Source: an uncultured Nitrososphaerales archaeon (GTDB taxonomy: Archaea > Thermoproteota > Nitrososphaeria > Nitrososphaerales > Nitrososphaeraceae). Taken from it: a stretch of DNA of 64,000 nucleotides. The notes under the pieces are model-generated. The model did no database searches. It was not told where the DNA came from and saw nothing but the letters and a program-made list of their open reading frames with translations. Below, in pieces: positions 1 through 11,398 of this stretch. The position numbers and the translations under genes are program-made. How positions within the stretch are numbered: the stretch's first letter is position 1; every line of letters starts with the position of its first letter. The DNA lies in NCBI GenBank assembly GCA_963709405.1, contig CAVPXM010000073.1, forward strand, positions 1-64,000, in the 5' to 3' direction.

Positions 1-410
1 AGGAGAAGAGAAGTATTTTTGAAAGAAAATGAAAATAGTCAAAAATCTGTACAAGTTCAAGTAGATTCAGATACGCAAATAAAACAAAATCAAAATCTCA
101 AACTCCTGTTCAATTTAAACGTTCATCTAACTTGAATGAACTAACAAATAAAAGAGTTAAAACAAGTGATTTGATTGATATAGGGGATGTGATTGCCATT
201 GATAATCAATCAATGACAGTATTGGGCTGTAATAAACAACAAGAGTATGTAATTCCTGATTATTATATCAGAGAATATGACGAAGACAACGTCTTGATAG
301 ACACATCAATTCAATATCTATATCATTACGAGACAAAAGGAAAACCACAAATTAGTATTTAATATGTTATTCATGTCTGTGATGTGCGCTTCATGTGTGA
401 ATAACTATAG
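1..410 (+). pseudogene. Partial diverged duplicate of the 2340..3032 gene, running off the left window edge
   Basis: nt 1-350 align closely with 2517-2862; ORF 132..362 is a near-copy of that protein's middle; the Cys-rich tail is degenerate. Confidence 0.85.
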
Positions 411-692
411 ACGTACTTTCTAACATAGGTAACAATGTAGCCTACACAAATAGATAGCACTTCCTGCTGTTAGTATACAATATTACTACTGATATTATAG
501 TGATTGTTGACCACTTACATATGCTTAGTGATCTCGTTGTCTTTTTCGCTAATACGTATATAAAAGAATAAGTTATCCGCCAAAATAAAGGATTCGAAAA
601 AATAAATAATAGAATAGTAGGACCAATTCTATACTAGTCAGACCTCAACCATTTTGGAGCTATGATTATAATAAATATTTTTGATAGTCTTG

Positions 693-945
693 CTATAAGC
701 CTATCACATTGACTGCGTTACCATCGCCTTGGATTTGGTTGGCTAAGTTCTGACACTTAATGTTCAATGGTAAATTTCCATTACCACATACGTTGGCTTG
801 AGCGATAGATTGAATTTGTTTGTTGCCGCTACTACTATGATACTTACACTTTGCTAATACATCTTGACTAACTGCCTGTTGCGGTTATTAATATGTCTGC
901 AATTACTGCTACTGCAATTGTAGTTACTATTATTTGACACCTCAT
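693..945 (-). pseudogene. Small secreted Cys-containing protein, frameshifted
   Basis: Manual translation: hydrophobic N-terminus MRCQIIVTTIAVAVIADILITA, then in another frame KQIQSIAQANVCGNGNLPLNIKCQNLANQIQGDGNAVNVIGL. Confidence 0.6.
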
Positions 946-1131
946 GTCTATTTGTGATTGTGGTGTATTAATATATCTCAATTAAGGACTTGAAATATAT
1001 GTCACTCTTGCGAGTAGAATCAAGGATTTAAAAGAATTGCTTTGCAGTAGCAATAATAATAATAATAAAGCCTTATCGGATGGTATCAACAGAACATCTT
1101 TAGTATCATTTAATGGATCTGGATCATTGAA

Positions 1132-1705
1132 TTGAAGTCAGGCGATACTGTTGTGAATCCTCAATCAATCGATGACATCAATCTCAAAATTATCGATATA
1201 TTAAAGAAAGATGCTTCAACACCATTTGTTGATATAGCAAAACGAATAGGTGTTTCAGATGCAACTGTGCATATTAGAGTTAGAAGAATGATCGCAGCAG
1301 GTATAATCAACAAATTTACAATATCTGTAGATAATGACCTTCTAGGATATGATCACCTGGCATTTATGGGAATAAATATTTCGCCCGGTTCGGCAGATCA
1401 GATCATATCAGATCTATTAAGAGTTGAGTTGAGGAAGTTTTAGAAATGCATGAATTGCATGGTAAATTTGATCTATTGCTAAAGATACGTGCCAAGAATC
1501 TAAATCAGATGGAGATATAGTAGAGAATAAGATCTGTAAAATACCTCATATTTTTAAAACAGAGTTAATGACAGTACTAAAAACAAAAAAGGAAGAACAA
1601 ATGATATCTCTTGAAAATGACATTGAATATAAAGAAATGCTATATCTAAATGAGGATCACTTAAGATCAACATCGTTTTCTAGCTTGTCACTTATCAGGG
1701 GTTAA
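1132..1705 (+). CDS. Lrp/AsnC family transcriptional regulator (frameshifted near 1430 and 1510)
   Basis: IDDINLKIIDILKKDASTPFVDIAKRIGVSDATVHIRVRRM HTH; RAM domain EMHELHGKFDLLLKIRAKNL continues in a shifted frame. Confidence 0.85.
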
Positions 1706-1710
1706 ATAAT

Positions 1711-2058
1711 TTGAATTTAGACAATCAAGAGCCTGTTAATGAATTCGATGTCTTAAAGAATGTCATTGGCCTATCAAAGGTGACAATAGATAGGGCAAAA
1801 TCTGTCGTCAGAGAAGCTAATAGAAGGAAGCTAATAAGAGGAAGGACTCCTTCAACACTAGTAGCTTCAGCAGTATATAATCCATGTAGAGAAACAAACA
1901 CACCACAGACTTTGCCTGATATTGCTGCAATACTTAATGTGAAGCGAAAGAGATTAGGAAAGTGCTCTAGAATGCTAATGAATAGTCTTGACCTTAAAGT
2001 TCCTACAATTGATCCATTTGAATATATGATGATGAGACTAGCTGACATGTTTGGCTAG
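1711..2058 (+). pseudogene. tfb: Transcription initiation factor TFB, single cyclin-repeat fragment
   Basis: RKLIRGRTPSTLVASAVYNPCRETNTPQTLPDIAAILNVKRKRLGKCSRML matches the TFIIB cyclin repeat; no Zn-ribbon or second repeat. Confidence 0.8.
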
Positions 2059-2339
2059 GCCGATCTAACACTTTTGTGGTACTCCTAAAACCTAGTCCTG
2101 GAAAGTATGCACAATGCATACATGATTAATCCTTTGGATGTTCTATTCCTTTGGAAATTAACATTAGAAGAGGGCGTTCACAACTTTAGCTGCATCTGCT
2201 TAACTTAACACAGCCGTAGACAATCACCGATGCTTAAATAATGGTTCCTGTTAAAGCAGGAAGATCAGTATTTAAATCTATTCAGTAATCTATATATCTT
2301 GGCATGCAATGTGCTAGTACACAATAATAAGGGACCTGA

Positions 2340-3032
2340 TTGGACACTACAATAATTATTGGTGTTATAATAGGTTCTGTCGTAACACTGGCACTAGTTT
2401 TTGGAAAAACGGTACTTCGTGTTGCATGGACAGAAAATGGTACAAGAGAGCTCGAAATGATTCAAACCAGAAATCGAAATGCAGCCGTACAAGAACATCT
2501 GCACTATGCCAATAATAGGAGAAGAGAAGTATTTTTGAAACAAAATGAAAATAGTCAAAAATCTGTACAAGTTCAAGTAGATTCAGATACACAAATAAAA
2601 ACAAAATCAAAATCTCAAACTCCTGTTCAATTTAAACGTTCATCTAACTTGAATGAACTAATAAATAAAAGAGTTAAAACAAGTGATTTGATTGACATTG
2701 GAAATGTGATTGGTATTGATAATCAATCAATGACAGTATTACACTATAATAAACAAGAGTATGTAATTCCTACTTATTACATCAGAGAATATGATGAAGA
2801 GAATGTCTTGATAGACACATCAATTCGATATCTATATCACTACGAGACAAAAGGAAAACCACATCCTTGGTTTCTAATATGTCAGTCATGTTTGTGGTGT
2901 GCTTCATGCATGACTAACATAGTTGAAACGAATAGTTTTCCTACAGGTTGTCCTGTTTGTGTGGGAGGAAATATAGAATCTATGTCGGTAGCAAGGAATG
3001 AAGGGCAGCTATTAGAGCCTGCCATAGAATAA
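2340..3032 (+). CDS. Hypothetical membrane-anchored protein with C-terminal Cys cluster
   Basis: N-terminal hydrophobic helix; CQSCLWCASC...CPVC at the C-terminus. Confidence 0.7.
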   Translation: MDTTIIIGVIIGSVVTLALVFGKTVLRVAWTENGTRELEMIQTRNRNAAVQEHLHYANNRRREVFLKQNENSQKSVQVQVDSDTQIKTKSKSQTPVQFKRSSNLNELINKRVKTSDLIDIGNVIGIDNQSMTVLHYNKQEYVIPTYYIREYDEENVLIDTSIRYLYHYETKGKPHPWFLICQSCLWCASCMTNIVETNSFPTGCPVCVGGNIESMSVARNEGQLLEPAIE

Positions 3033-3078
3033 GATCTATTGCGTAATTAGAAGTTTAGAGATATATTTTCCATCAAGT

Positions 3079-3316
3079 AGGGTGTTTATCCGAGATACTC
3101 TTTGTTGTCATATTGTAGATTATCCAAAAAGCCCTTGTTATTCAGATCATTTATTGGAGTAACTGTATCGGAATTTAATTTTATCTGTAAAGATATTGAA
3201 CGTAATTATACGGACCGCGAAAGAAGAAGGCTCATTTCAAGGAAGAAAAGAATACGAGATATAGGTGCTGAGTAGACCATTTAAGCTTAGTTAAAGAAAG
3301 GTTCGTTATGTTTCTA
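3079..3316 (+). mobile_element. 5' remnant of a DDE_Tnp_4-type (IS5-related) transposase
   Basis: LSYCRLSKKPLLFRSFIGVTVSEFNFICKDIE...RIRDIGA..RPFKL; ends abruptly at the next IS. Confidence 0.6.
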
Positions 3317-3317
3317 G

Positions 3318-3862
3318 CGCCCTGTTAACTTAGAGATAGCCCCGCCTCCTTAGATCATCAAATTTAGTACTAGATTTGATAATGCTATTGTGCATAAATA
3401 CGAATAAGATGAACCATTTGTGAACGTGTCTAACTAAGATTGCATAATCCAGCCCTCATACATGGATAGTAATCATCAAATGCCTCAGTTCTATCTATCC
3501 TTTAGATATTCTATCATTCTTTCAACTATACTCTTTTCGTATGGTGAATGCAATCTATGCTTTAGTTAGTCCTAATGATATACATGCTTCCGGATACGAT
3601 GTCCCGCCATCACTATAAACAACATTTTGCCATAAATCTTGATTAAAGAGAGATCTTAGGAATGATTCAGCTACAATCATATTATTCCTGTGTCTTGAGA
3701 TGTAAACTCGAATTTGTCTGTGTATTGGTTCTACGGCAACCCATAACCAAGCATGGTCAGGACCAATCTGCACCATGGTTTCATCAATTAGAAAAGCAGA
3801 TACTCTTTTACAACAATAAAGACGCCTTGGATTGAATCTCTGAACCCATTTCCATACAGCAA
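3318..3862 (-). mobile_element. IS6-family transposase remnant
   Basis: FLIDETMVQIGPDHAWLWVAVEP, YSDGGTSYPEAC and DDYYPC motifs; GCCCTGTTAACT IR-like end. Confidence 0.8.
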
Positions 3863-3870
3863 AGAGAAAT

Positions 3871-3929
3871 TAATGGTAGAGGAGATCTTTCTAAAAGCAA
3901 CTCTTTATAACATGTTCAATTGAATGACA
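3871..3929 (+). mobile_element. 3' tail of an IS5-family transposase gene
   Basis: Near-match to 52446-52503 (MVxEIFLKATLYNMFN), cut by the IS6 at 3930. Confidence 0.7.
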
Positions 3930-4609
3930 GGCTCTGTAAAGTTAAGATATCAACCCCTTGTTATGATGAGAAACGAATAGATTCAACCATCTCTGTATGT
4001 GTTGCAATTTACATTTATTTTTTCTACAAGGAAAATAATCGTCAAAACATTCGGTTCTGTCTTTGACGTATTGTATCGTTCTCTCGATTTTGCTTTTCTC
4101 AAATGCAGAAGGAAGACGATTATGTTTTATTTTTAAGAATTTACGGGACTGTGGATACCATCTACGATGGCCATCTGTTGAAATAGGATGTTCTCCACAT
4201 TTTCTAATCAGAGATTGTATAAAATGTTCTGCAACAAAGATATTTCTCTCTTTGGGTATGCTTATTTGAAGGATTTCTCAGTTATCGTTTTCAGTGACTA
4301 TTATCCATAACCAGACATATTGAGCCAACTTAATAATAGTTTCATCTATTATAAATTCGGGAATCCGTATCCCTTTGGAACCTAATATCTCAGATTTGTA
4401 TTTTTGAATCCAGTCTCGTATTGCAGTATAACACCTTTTAACAAATCTCGACACAGTCTTTGGAAGTATTTCTTAATGAAGAACTAAGGAATTAAAGATA
4501 GAGAGAATATGCTATATCCTCAGGTTCTGTTCTTCCCTTTCTTATCTGACATATCATAAGCTATATCGGAAACATAAAGTTATAGATTTTTCCTTATCTT
4601 TACAGAGCC
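3930..4609 (-). mobile_element. Decayed IS6-family element with terminal inverted repeats
   Basis: GGCTCTGTAAAG(T/A)TAAG at both ends; FIIDETIIK, YVWLWI, DGHRRWYPQS, IERTIQYVKDRTECFDDYFPC. Confidence 0.85.
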
Positions 4610-4655
4610 TGAAAATGTGATTATCACGACGCGCGCATCCTTATATCACCATATC

Positions 4656-5121
4656 CTACGTATGCTCAATTTTCATGGTATTTCCGTGATACGAATAACC
4701 AATTTTTTCGTAGAAAGGGATATTCTCATTTGAACATGAGTACTGTTCTTACGCATCGCATTGCCGGTGCTTGCTCGGTAGTATAGCTTACAAGTTTGAA
4801 TCCAATGCCTTTCCTCTGATATTCAACCCTCACTGCTACATCTTCTATATGTGCGACTCGCCCTCCGCCGAAGATGAATTTTGGTTCGACAAGAAGCGTT
4901 GTTGTGCCTATTGTCAAACCTCGGTCTATGCCCTCTTGAAGTACGGCAACAAATATCCTGTGCAGTGGATTTGATTTTATCTCTTTTAATATCGTTTTTC
5001 GGCAGGTTTAGTGAGACCTCCTACTGGAGGCTAAATTCTCTAGCACTTCTAACAATCCACCACTTTCGATATCATTTTCTTCTATTTCACGTATTGTGTA
5101 CTTTATAGAGGATTTAGACAT
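4656..5121 (-). pseudogene. GNAT glucosamine-phosphate N-acetyltransferase-like (frameshifted)
   Basis: LLVEPKFIFGGGRVAHIEDVAVRVEYQRKGIG and CSNENIPFYEKIGY motifs across frames. Confidence 0.8.
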
Positions 5122-6063
5122 GACTATTCTCTAGACATAACTATTCTCGGCATAAAAACAATCGTTTCAGTGCCATATCAAGACATGTGTCTTCACTATA
5201 TCGAATAATCATCAAAAGAGAAGTCGAACGATAATAACTGGAAAGGCGACAGTAGTTCAGATACAATAATTAGTTGTGTAGAATGTGCGAGTCACAGGAA
5301 GGAGGAATAATGGTGACTATATATACACGGGTCTTTAGGGACTTAATCAGCCTCCTCCTCTAATAAGTATTACATTTTATAATAATCATGATAACAAAAA
5401 CCGGTTACAACGAAGCACGATGATTCAGAGAGGTTAGATGATCATGACAATATACCCGGTCAATATTGATAACCATTTATTCAATTGGTTAACTTTACCT
5501 GATAACATGACTGATTTTGCAATAGGTCATGAAACGATAATATCATCTGCTCCAGCGATATTACCATTAGACAAAGGTCCATGAATATAGTCGTCAATCA
5601 GTCAGTTTAGCGGATTTTATTTAATCAGGTTCTTAAATATTTAGTATAGAATAGTTACCAAATTGGTATATATTTCAATCAGTCTAAATGAAAATTCCTG
5701 TTGATTAATCCGTATTTTCGATATCAAGCCAAGCGACTCATTAAGCATATATCATATATTATTATTTTATTTAAAGCCATCTTTGAACAGTCATCTTACA
5801 ATTCTAATATTCAAGAAGTAGACTATAGGACAATTTTATACTTGTAGCAATTGATATCATAGCAGCAATACAAAAGCTTTCTGGAACGCATCCTAATGTT
5901 GACAAGTTTGATGCGGGCCCGTCGGTGTATGAATCGAATTTGACCTAATTGAGGGCCCATCAATTGCCTGACTTGAAATGAAGCACAAAATTACGATTTA
6001 TACCAGTGGTCTGACCGCCTGTCAAGCTTGAGTTGAATATGTCTATATTTATTACGCCCAGGA

Positions 6064-6163
6064 CACCCGGGATAGTTTTGAATTCTATTATAATATTTCT
6101 TTTCATTTGTCTCAATATCTGATACAGTCTCTAGAGTTTAAAATATCCCGGGTATCCCGGGTG
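6064..6163. repeat. GC-rich inverted and tandem repeat CACCCGGGATA / TATCCCGGG-TATCCCGGGTG
   Basis: 11-bp perfect IR 6064-6074 vs 6153-6163, plus a 9-bp tandem copy 6144-6152. Confidence 0.6.
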
Positions 6164-6458
6164 CAATTAGATAAATGAACAGAGCGTCTACCAATACTAT
6201 AGATTTGGCCGTCTTCTCTTACGTTAGACCTCGGTGCTAGCCATAAAGAAATGGAGCAGAAATCTTCAGGGGGTGGCGGTTCTACGGGAGGCGGAGACGG
6301 CGGTAACTGGGCCTGCGGAACGTGCCGATGGAGTGTCATAACCACGGAGATCGGCATGAGGGAGCACATCCCCAGCCAAATGACAGTTTCGAATACAGTG
6401 GGACTTTCCTAATACCAACCGCGTCAACTAACACTGGAATTCGGCGGCTTACCGCACA

Positions 6459-6782
6459 ATGATAAGAATGACAGAAGCGGGTAAAAAATTGCGTTTAACG
6501 AAGGGAAAAGCAGGGGTGTTTATGTGGAAGCAACATGATACGGACTATGTTCAAATAAAATCAGCTATTGCTGGCATTACCAACTATCAAGCCATGATAG
6601 GCTCTAAAGTCAATATATTAATCCGAAAGCAAGACATAGGTCCAGCCGTCGGCTCCAATTGGTGTACAGATAAATGCTTTTGCAGATGGGCGGCTAGTAT
6701 GTCCTTGGAGGAACATGGCCTCACGTCCACTTGGATCAGATCTCCATACACGAGGCACCTTCACGGCTCCAAAGTGGGATAA
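6459..6782 (+). CDS. Hypothetical protein or remnant
   Basis: 107-aa ORF only, no recognisable motif. Confidence 0.25.
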   Translation: MIRMTEAGKKLRLTKGKAGVFMWKQHDTDYVQIKSAIAGITNYQAMIGSKVNILIRKQDIGPAVGSNWCTDKCFCRWAASMSLEEHGLTSTWIRSPYTRHLHGSKVG

Positions 6783-7350
6783 AGGAATGATGGACTACTA
6801 GGCTGCAATAATAAGTCATGGTGTCACAAGGGCGAGCCTGGGCCATCTGTTAAATGTGGATCGCTTTCGTATAGACCGTTGCCCAACCTCAGTGCTTAGC
6901 CTGGCTTAACATTCCTGAATACTATACTCTATGAAATTAACACTAATAATGTCCACCCAAATTATGGTCTGATACAAGTATGTCTAAATACTAAGATAGA
7001 TACACGCCATATAAGGAATGACGGCTTTAATCCTCCCCTCATTATAGAACATACAGGATGTGCTCCTCTTATCAATGTTGAAAAAGTATTAAAGACCTCT
7101 GGCGACTGCTAATATTCCACAACTAGTGTATTTTTGTATGCAGTGTGCATATGGTAATATGATAGATTATTACTCAGACCTAGGGCCTAATAGCGTCATT
7201 CCACTGTGAGGTCACGGACAAGAAGTGATGTCTGTTTTAGGTCCGGCCTTACACTCGATACAAGCATGTATTGCGTGTGCGAGTAATTTTGTTAGCATAG
7301 GTTCCAGAGTCGATGGACTGAAAGGAGGAGGAGATGTAAAATACGATCGT

Positions 7351-7825
7351 TTATCGGTAAGGGAGATTACACCACCGCGTTAGTGCCCAGCCAACCATGC
7401 GGCTTGAAGCTGTACCATCTCTACAATCAAATCCATATTCATCGAGGTCAAAGGCACCACCAAATTTCCAATGAGTTACAGTGCAAAAGCCAGTAATATA
7501 TCCTCTTATGAACTCTTCTGTAAGATGCTTAAATTCATGACCAGGTTGTCTTACATAAAAATGACATCCATCTGGATGGTTACAATCGTCATATACGTCT
7601 TTGTTCCCATGAATGGGAGCCCTTAACGAATTCCCATGTATGGAAGTGAAAGCCCTTGCCTGGCTGTAGAATATACCAATGGCATTCACCTTTTCCACCT
7701 CCACACTTCTTTCCTCCATCGCTTACGCCGTGGTTAAAGCCGGATTGAAAATCCGTCAATGCAAAGGCCGATGGTAGCACGACTAGCATTACCGCAATTG
7801 CAACTACACTTGTTAATATTTTCAT
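7351..7825 (-). CDS. Secreted Cys/aromatic small-protein family, two joined modules
   Basis: Signal peptide + FQSGFNHGVSDG..C..CHWYILQPGKGFHFHTWEFVKG; second module CHFYVRQPGHEFKHLTEEFIRGYITGFC in another frame. Confidence 0.7.
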
Positions 7826-7826
7826 T

Positions 7827-8225
7827 TTATTCTCCCCGATGCTTCTTCATGATTTCTAATAGTTTAGTCCATCCGTTATCTGGCCTGTTTAGCAGTGCCT
7901 GATCGTCTTTGTCAGATACCTTCTTAAATATAGTATCGAACCCACCTAATTCAGTCTTTGCCTGTTCATAATCAGGATTGCCCTTGTTGTCGATTTCTAA
8001 CTGCATTAGTGCCGTTCCGTTTGGTACTTCAATAATCCTCTGTTTGAATTAGTCAACCATTGCTCTATCTATTGGTGGTTGTGTTGGTGTCGGAGCCGGA
8101 GCTGTTGGAGCTAGTTCGAGAGGAAACGCCTTGACTGCTTGCGTTACCATTACTAGCATCATTATTACCAGTACTCTAAATATAAACGCCGTACTCTTCA
8201 CATTTATCTTGATCAACGATCCCAT
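7827..8225 (-). pseudogene. Secreted Pro-rich hypothetical protein with an internal stop at 8049
   Basis: Signal-like N-terminus; frame stays open after the stop (FKQRIIEVPNG...KHRGE) and ends 1 nt before the 7825 start. Confidence 0.55.
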
Positions 8226-9033
8226 CTTCAATTCCTCATTTGTCCGGCAAATTGCGCAAGACGAATCCAAATCTGCATTCTTTATTTCAGGAAGTAGTTT
8301 TCAGCGACTAAAGGATCTTCTTTTACATGGACTCGGTTTAATTACGATTTGGGAGCGTTACATATGGCATTATCGGATCATCATAAAAGAAGTATGTTAT
8401 CGAGTGAGATTGGTCTGTCAATCCAATTGATAATCAGCTAGCCAGCGCGAACCTATACAATATTCCTGTCATAGTATCAGGATTCAACAGGATTGCTATC
8501 GCTATTGCTATTGCTAGCGCTGTCACTGTCACCGCGAGAGCTGTCGCTATCTTTTGCCATGAGACTCAGGGGGTTAGCTGCAATGAATACAGTCAACGAT
8601 ATGGCTGCCAGCGAGGCTAGTAAAACGATCACGAATAGGCTTAGACTATTAATTGTCTCTACTTCATGGCCCTCCTTAAAAGTAAATTATTATCATGTTC
8701 AAAATTACTCAATCAATCAATCAAACAAACAGGCTTACAAGCACATTTGCTGACATCAAGGCCCGGGGTAAGATCACATTGTGGGATTTTATCGGACCAC
8801 GTTACACATCAAACGTACAAGGCATAAATATAATTGATCTGGTAACCCCAAACTCTATCATATGTTTTCATCAATTACAAATGTAAGAACTGGAAAAACA
8901 TGCCAATTGAGTTTTGTTTAGAATGTGGGTTTCATAAATTTATAGAGAAAGAACAGGAACACTATCACCTGAGAAGATACCACCAATATCCGAAAACAGG
9001 TCTATATTGAAAGCACTGCACAACTACGGTCGA

Positions 9034-10408
9034 TCAGTCCGCTGATGCAGATGCTCCATGGTGATGGCTCGTGGAATGGTTATTACTACTATGATTTGAG
9101 CTGCTGCTATGATCAGTACTGCCTTGATCATGATGATTGAGCTGGCTGCTGCTATGATCAGTACTGCCTTGATCATGATGATTTGAGCTGCTGTCGCTAT
9201 GATCAGTACTGCCTTGATCATGATGATTCGAGCTGCTGCTCGCTGATGATCAGTACTGCCTTGATCATGATGATTTGAGCTGCTGCTGCCTATGATCAGT
9301 ACTGCCTTGATCATGATGATTTGAGTCTGCTGCTATGATCAGTACTGCCTTGATCATGATGATTTGAGCTGCTGCTATGATCAGGTACTGCCTTGATCAT
9401 GATGATTTGAGCTGCTGCTGCTATGATCAGGTACTGCCTTGATCATGATGATTTGAGCTGCTGCTATGGCTAATGACCACATGATGGTGCGAAGTGGTAC
9501 TATCTGATGTAAGGCTGTTCACACTAAATACGGCTACACCAGGCTTCAGGTTATACAAAACAGGATCAACTGTAGAGGCATTCACTTTCACTTGATAGGT
9601 TTGTGATTTAATCGTACTAGGTATGATCCATGAATAGCTATAGATTCCATTTGAATTGCTAGTACCGTTAAACTTATTTTGAATTGAATTTCTTGTTGGA
9701 TCTAAGACTATACCACTTATTCGAGCATTTCCTATATTGTTATTTGAATCTGGATTGTGTATTGCAATACGGAATACTTCAGGCTCCCCTCTTGTAATAG
9801 GATTTTTAGTCACATTTACTGACACTATTAATTCCGGACTAGCTTGACTAGCGGGTCGTATTGGTAATTTTGTTATAGCTCTGGGCATAAGCAATGCTTC
9901 TTGCTGCAATTCATGAGTTTTTGATGTCAAGCTTGATGATAAAGGGGTGGGGACTATAGCGGGATAGTTTTTTGCCAGCTGCAGCTGTAGGTATTGGTAA
10001 TTTTGTTATAGCTCTGGGCATAAGCAATGCTTCTTGCTGCCAATTCATGAGTTTTTGATGTCAAGCTTGATGATAAAGGGGTGGGGACTATAGCGGGATA
10101 GTTTTTTGCAGCTGCAGCTGTAGGTATTGGTAATTTTGTTATAGCTCTGGGCATAAGCAATGCTTCTTGTCGCAATTCATGAGTTTTTGATGTCAAGCTT
10201 GATGATAAAGGGGTGGGGACTATAGCGGGATAGTTTTTTGCAGTGGAGCTGTAGGTATAGTTGTTGTCATTGGTCTGGAACTGGAATTGGTGTCTTGTCT
10301 TGTCTGCGCATAAGCAGTTGTACATAATAATAATAATGATGCCATAAGAACAATTGAGGAGAAGGTGATAAGTGTCTCCTTTGTCGAAATTACAGATAAA
10401 TGTGACAT
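9034..10408 (-). CDS. Secreted repeat protein: signal peptide, 3x44-aa repeats, beta-rich domain, His/Ser-rich tail (several indels)
   Basis: ORFs 10220..10408, 9954..10325 and 9427..9930 join by single-base shifts; tail ends HSTSHHHGASASAD-stop. Confidence 0.75.
9090..9467 (-). repeat. Coding tandem repeat, 8 copies of about 42-47 bp (S3-4-SNHHDQGSTDH)
   Basis: GTACTGCCTTGATCATGATGA at 9116, 9161, 9206, 9253, 9299, 9342, 9385, 9431. Confidence 0.95.
9859..10258 (-). repeat. Coding tandem repeat, 3 copies of about 132 bp
   Basis: TATTGGTAATTTTGTTATAGC at 9859, 9992, 10125; unit TAAAAKNYPAIVPTPLSSSLTSKTHELQQEALLMPRAITKLPIP. Confidence 0.95.
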
Positions 10409-10489
10409 AGTAAATATAATTAATAATGATCCATATATAAAAATCTATAAAGGAATTCTAATATTTTACTAGTTTATGGTGTCACTATA

Positions 10490-10965
10490 CATGGTGTCCT
10501 TGATTCAAATTATGAATGAGTACCACCATCAGTTGAAATGTCGTGCTTTCCTATTTTCTGATTGATGATTGTATGAATTGTTCAGCAACTAGGATGCTTC
10601 TCTCTGGTGAAATGCGAATATCAAGAATCATCTTATCCTTTGGCTCGATAGCAATCCATAACCATACATAATCACTACCTGCTTCTTTAATCAAAGTCTC
10701 ATCAATTATGAATTCAGAGATTCTCCTTCTAGACTGAAATATCCTCTTTGGCTTGTATCATTGAATCGACTTCCAGAGTGAGACATGATTTCTTCTGATA
10801 AGAACAAGATAATCGTTCAGATGTTTTCCTTAGTGACAGTCCTGACGAGTATAGATGCAATGCATAATAAACATACTTGGAAGTTCTGCTTCTTCTGACT
10901 TTGGATTTGGCCATTATCAGAAAATAGGATGTTCTTAGCTATAGCTCTACCATTAACTGAGAGCC
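10490..10965 (-). mobile_element. IS6-family remnant, related to the 53568 element
   Basis: YALHLYSSGLSLRKTSERLS, FIIDETLIK, YVWLWIAIEPKDK; IR GGCTCTCAGTTAA at 10965. Confidence 0.8.
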
Positions 10966-11398
10966 TTAAAAAAACCAGGGCCCGAAACATAGGAACGCAA
11001 TTCTACATGTGATTGAACATTTATGCAAAGAAAGACAAAGCAAATAAGAGCATTTGTTCATAATATCAAATTTCCTGATCGTGCCTTCGGCCAATATTCT
11101 CTTCAAAGCGTGTTTACTCCGAATGAATCCTTTCATGCTTGAAACAAAATAAAACAGTAAATCATATTTCGAATGGAAGTAGAAGTAATTCTCCTTCTCA
11201 TCATTCCTTGCTGTTGATAGACCATAACTACCTATATCCTTTCTGTCAGACAAATACACCACCTTTTTGGGATACGCTCTTATTCGCAGCTCTTAGATCT
11301 TTTTAAATTGATTCTGTACTATACAGGTCAGCATACGTATTCTAACTAGTGTAAAACCTTGCTTATATACTTGCTTTGTATTATTTTGTTTATCATCC

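Noticed and set aside
9090-9467. CRISPR array
   Set aside because: Units are contiguous with no unique spacers, encode a peptide repeat, and there are no cas genes in the window
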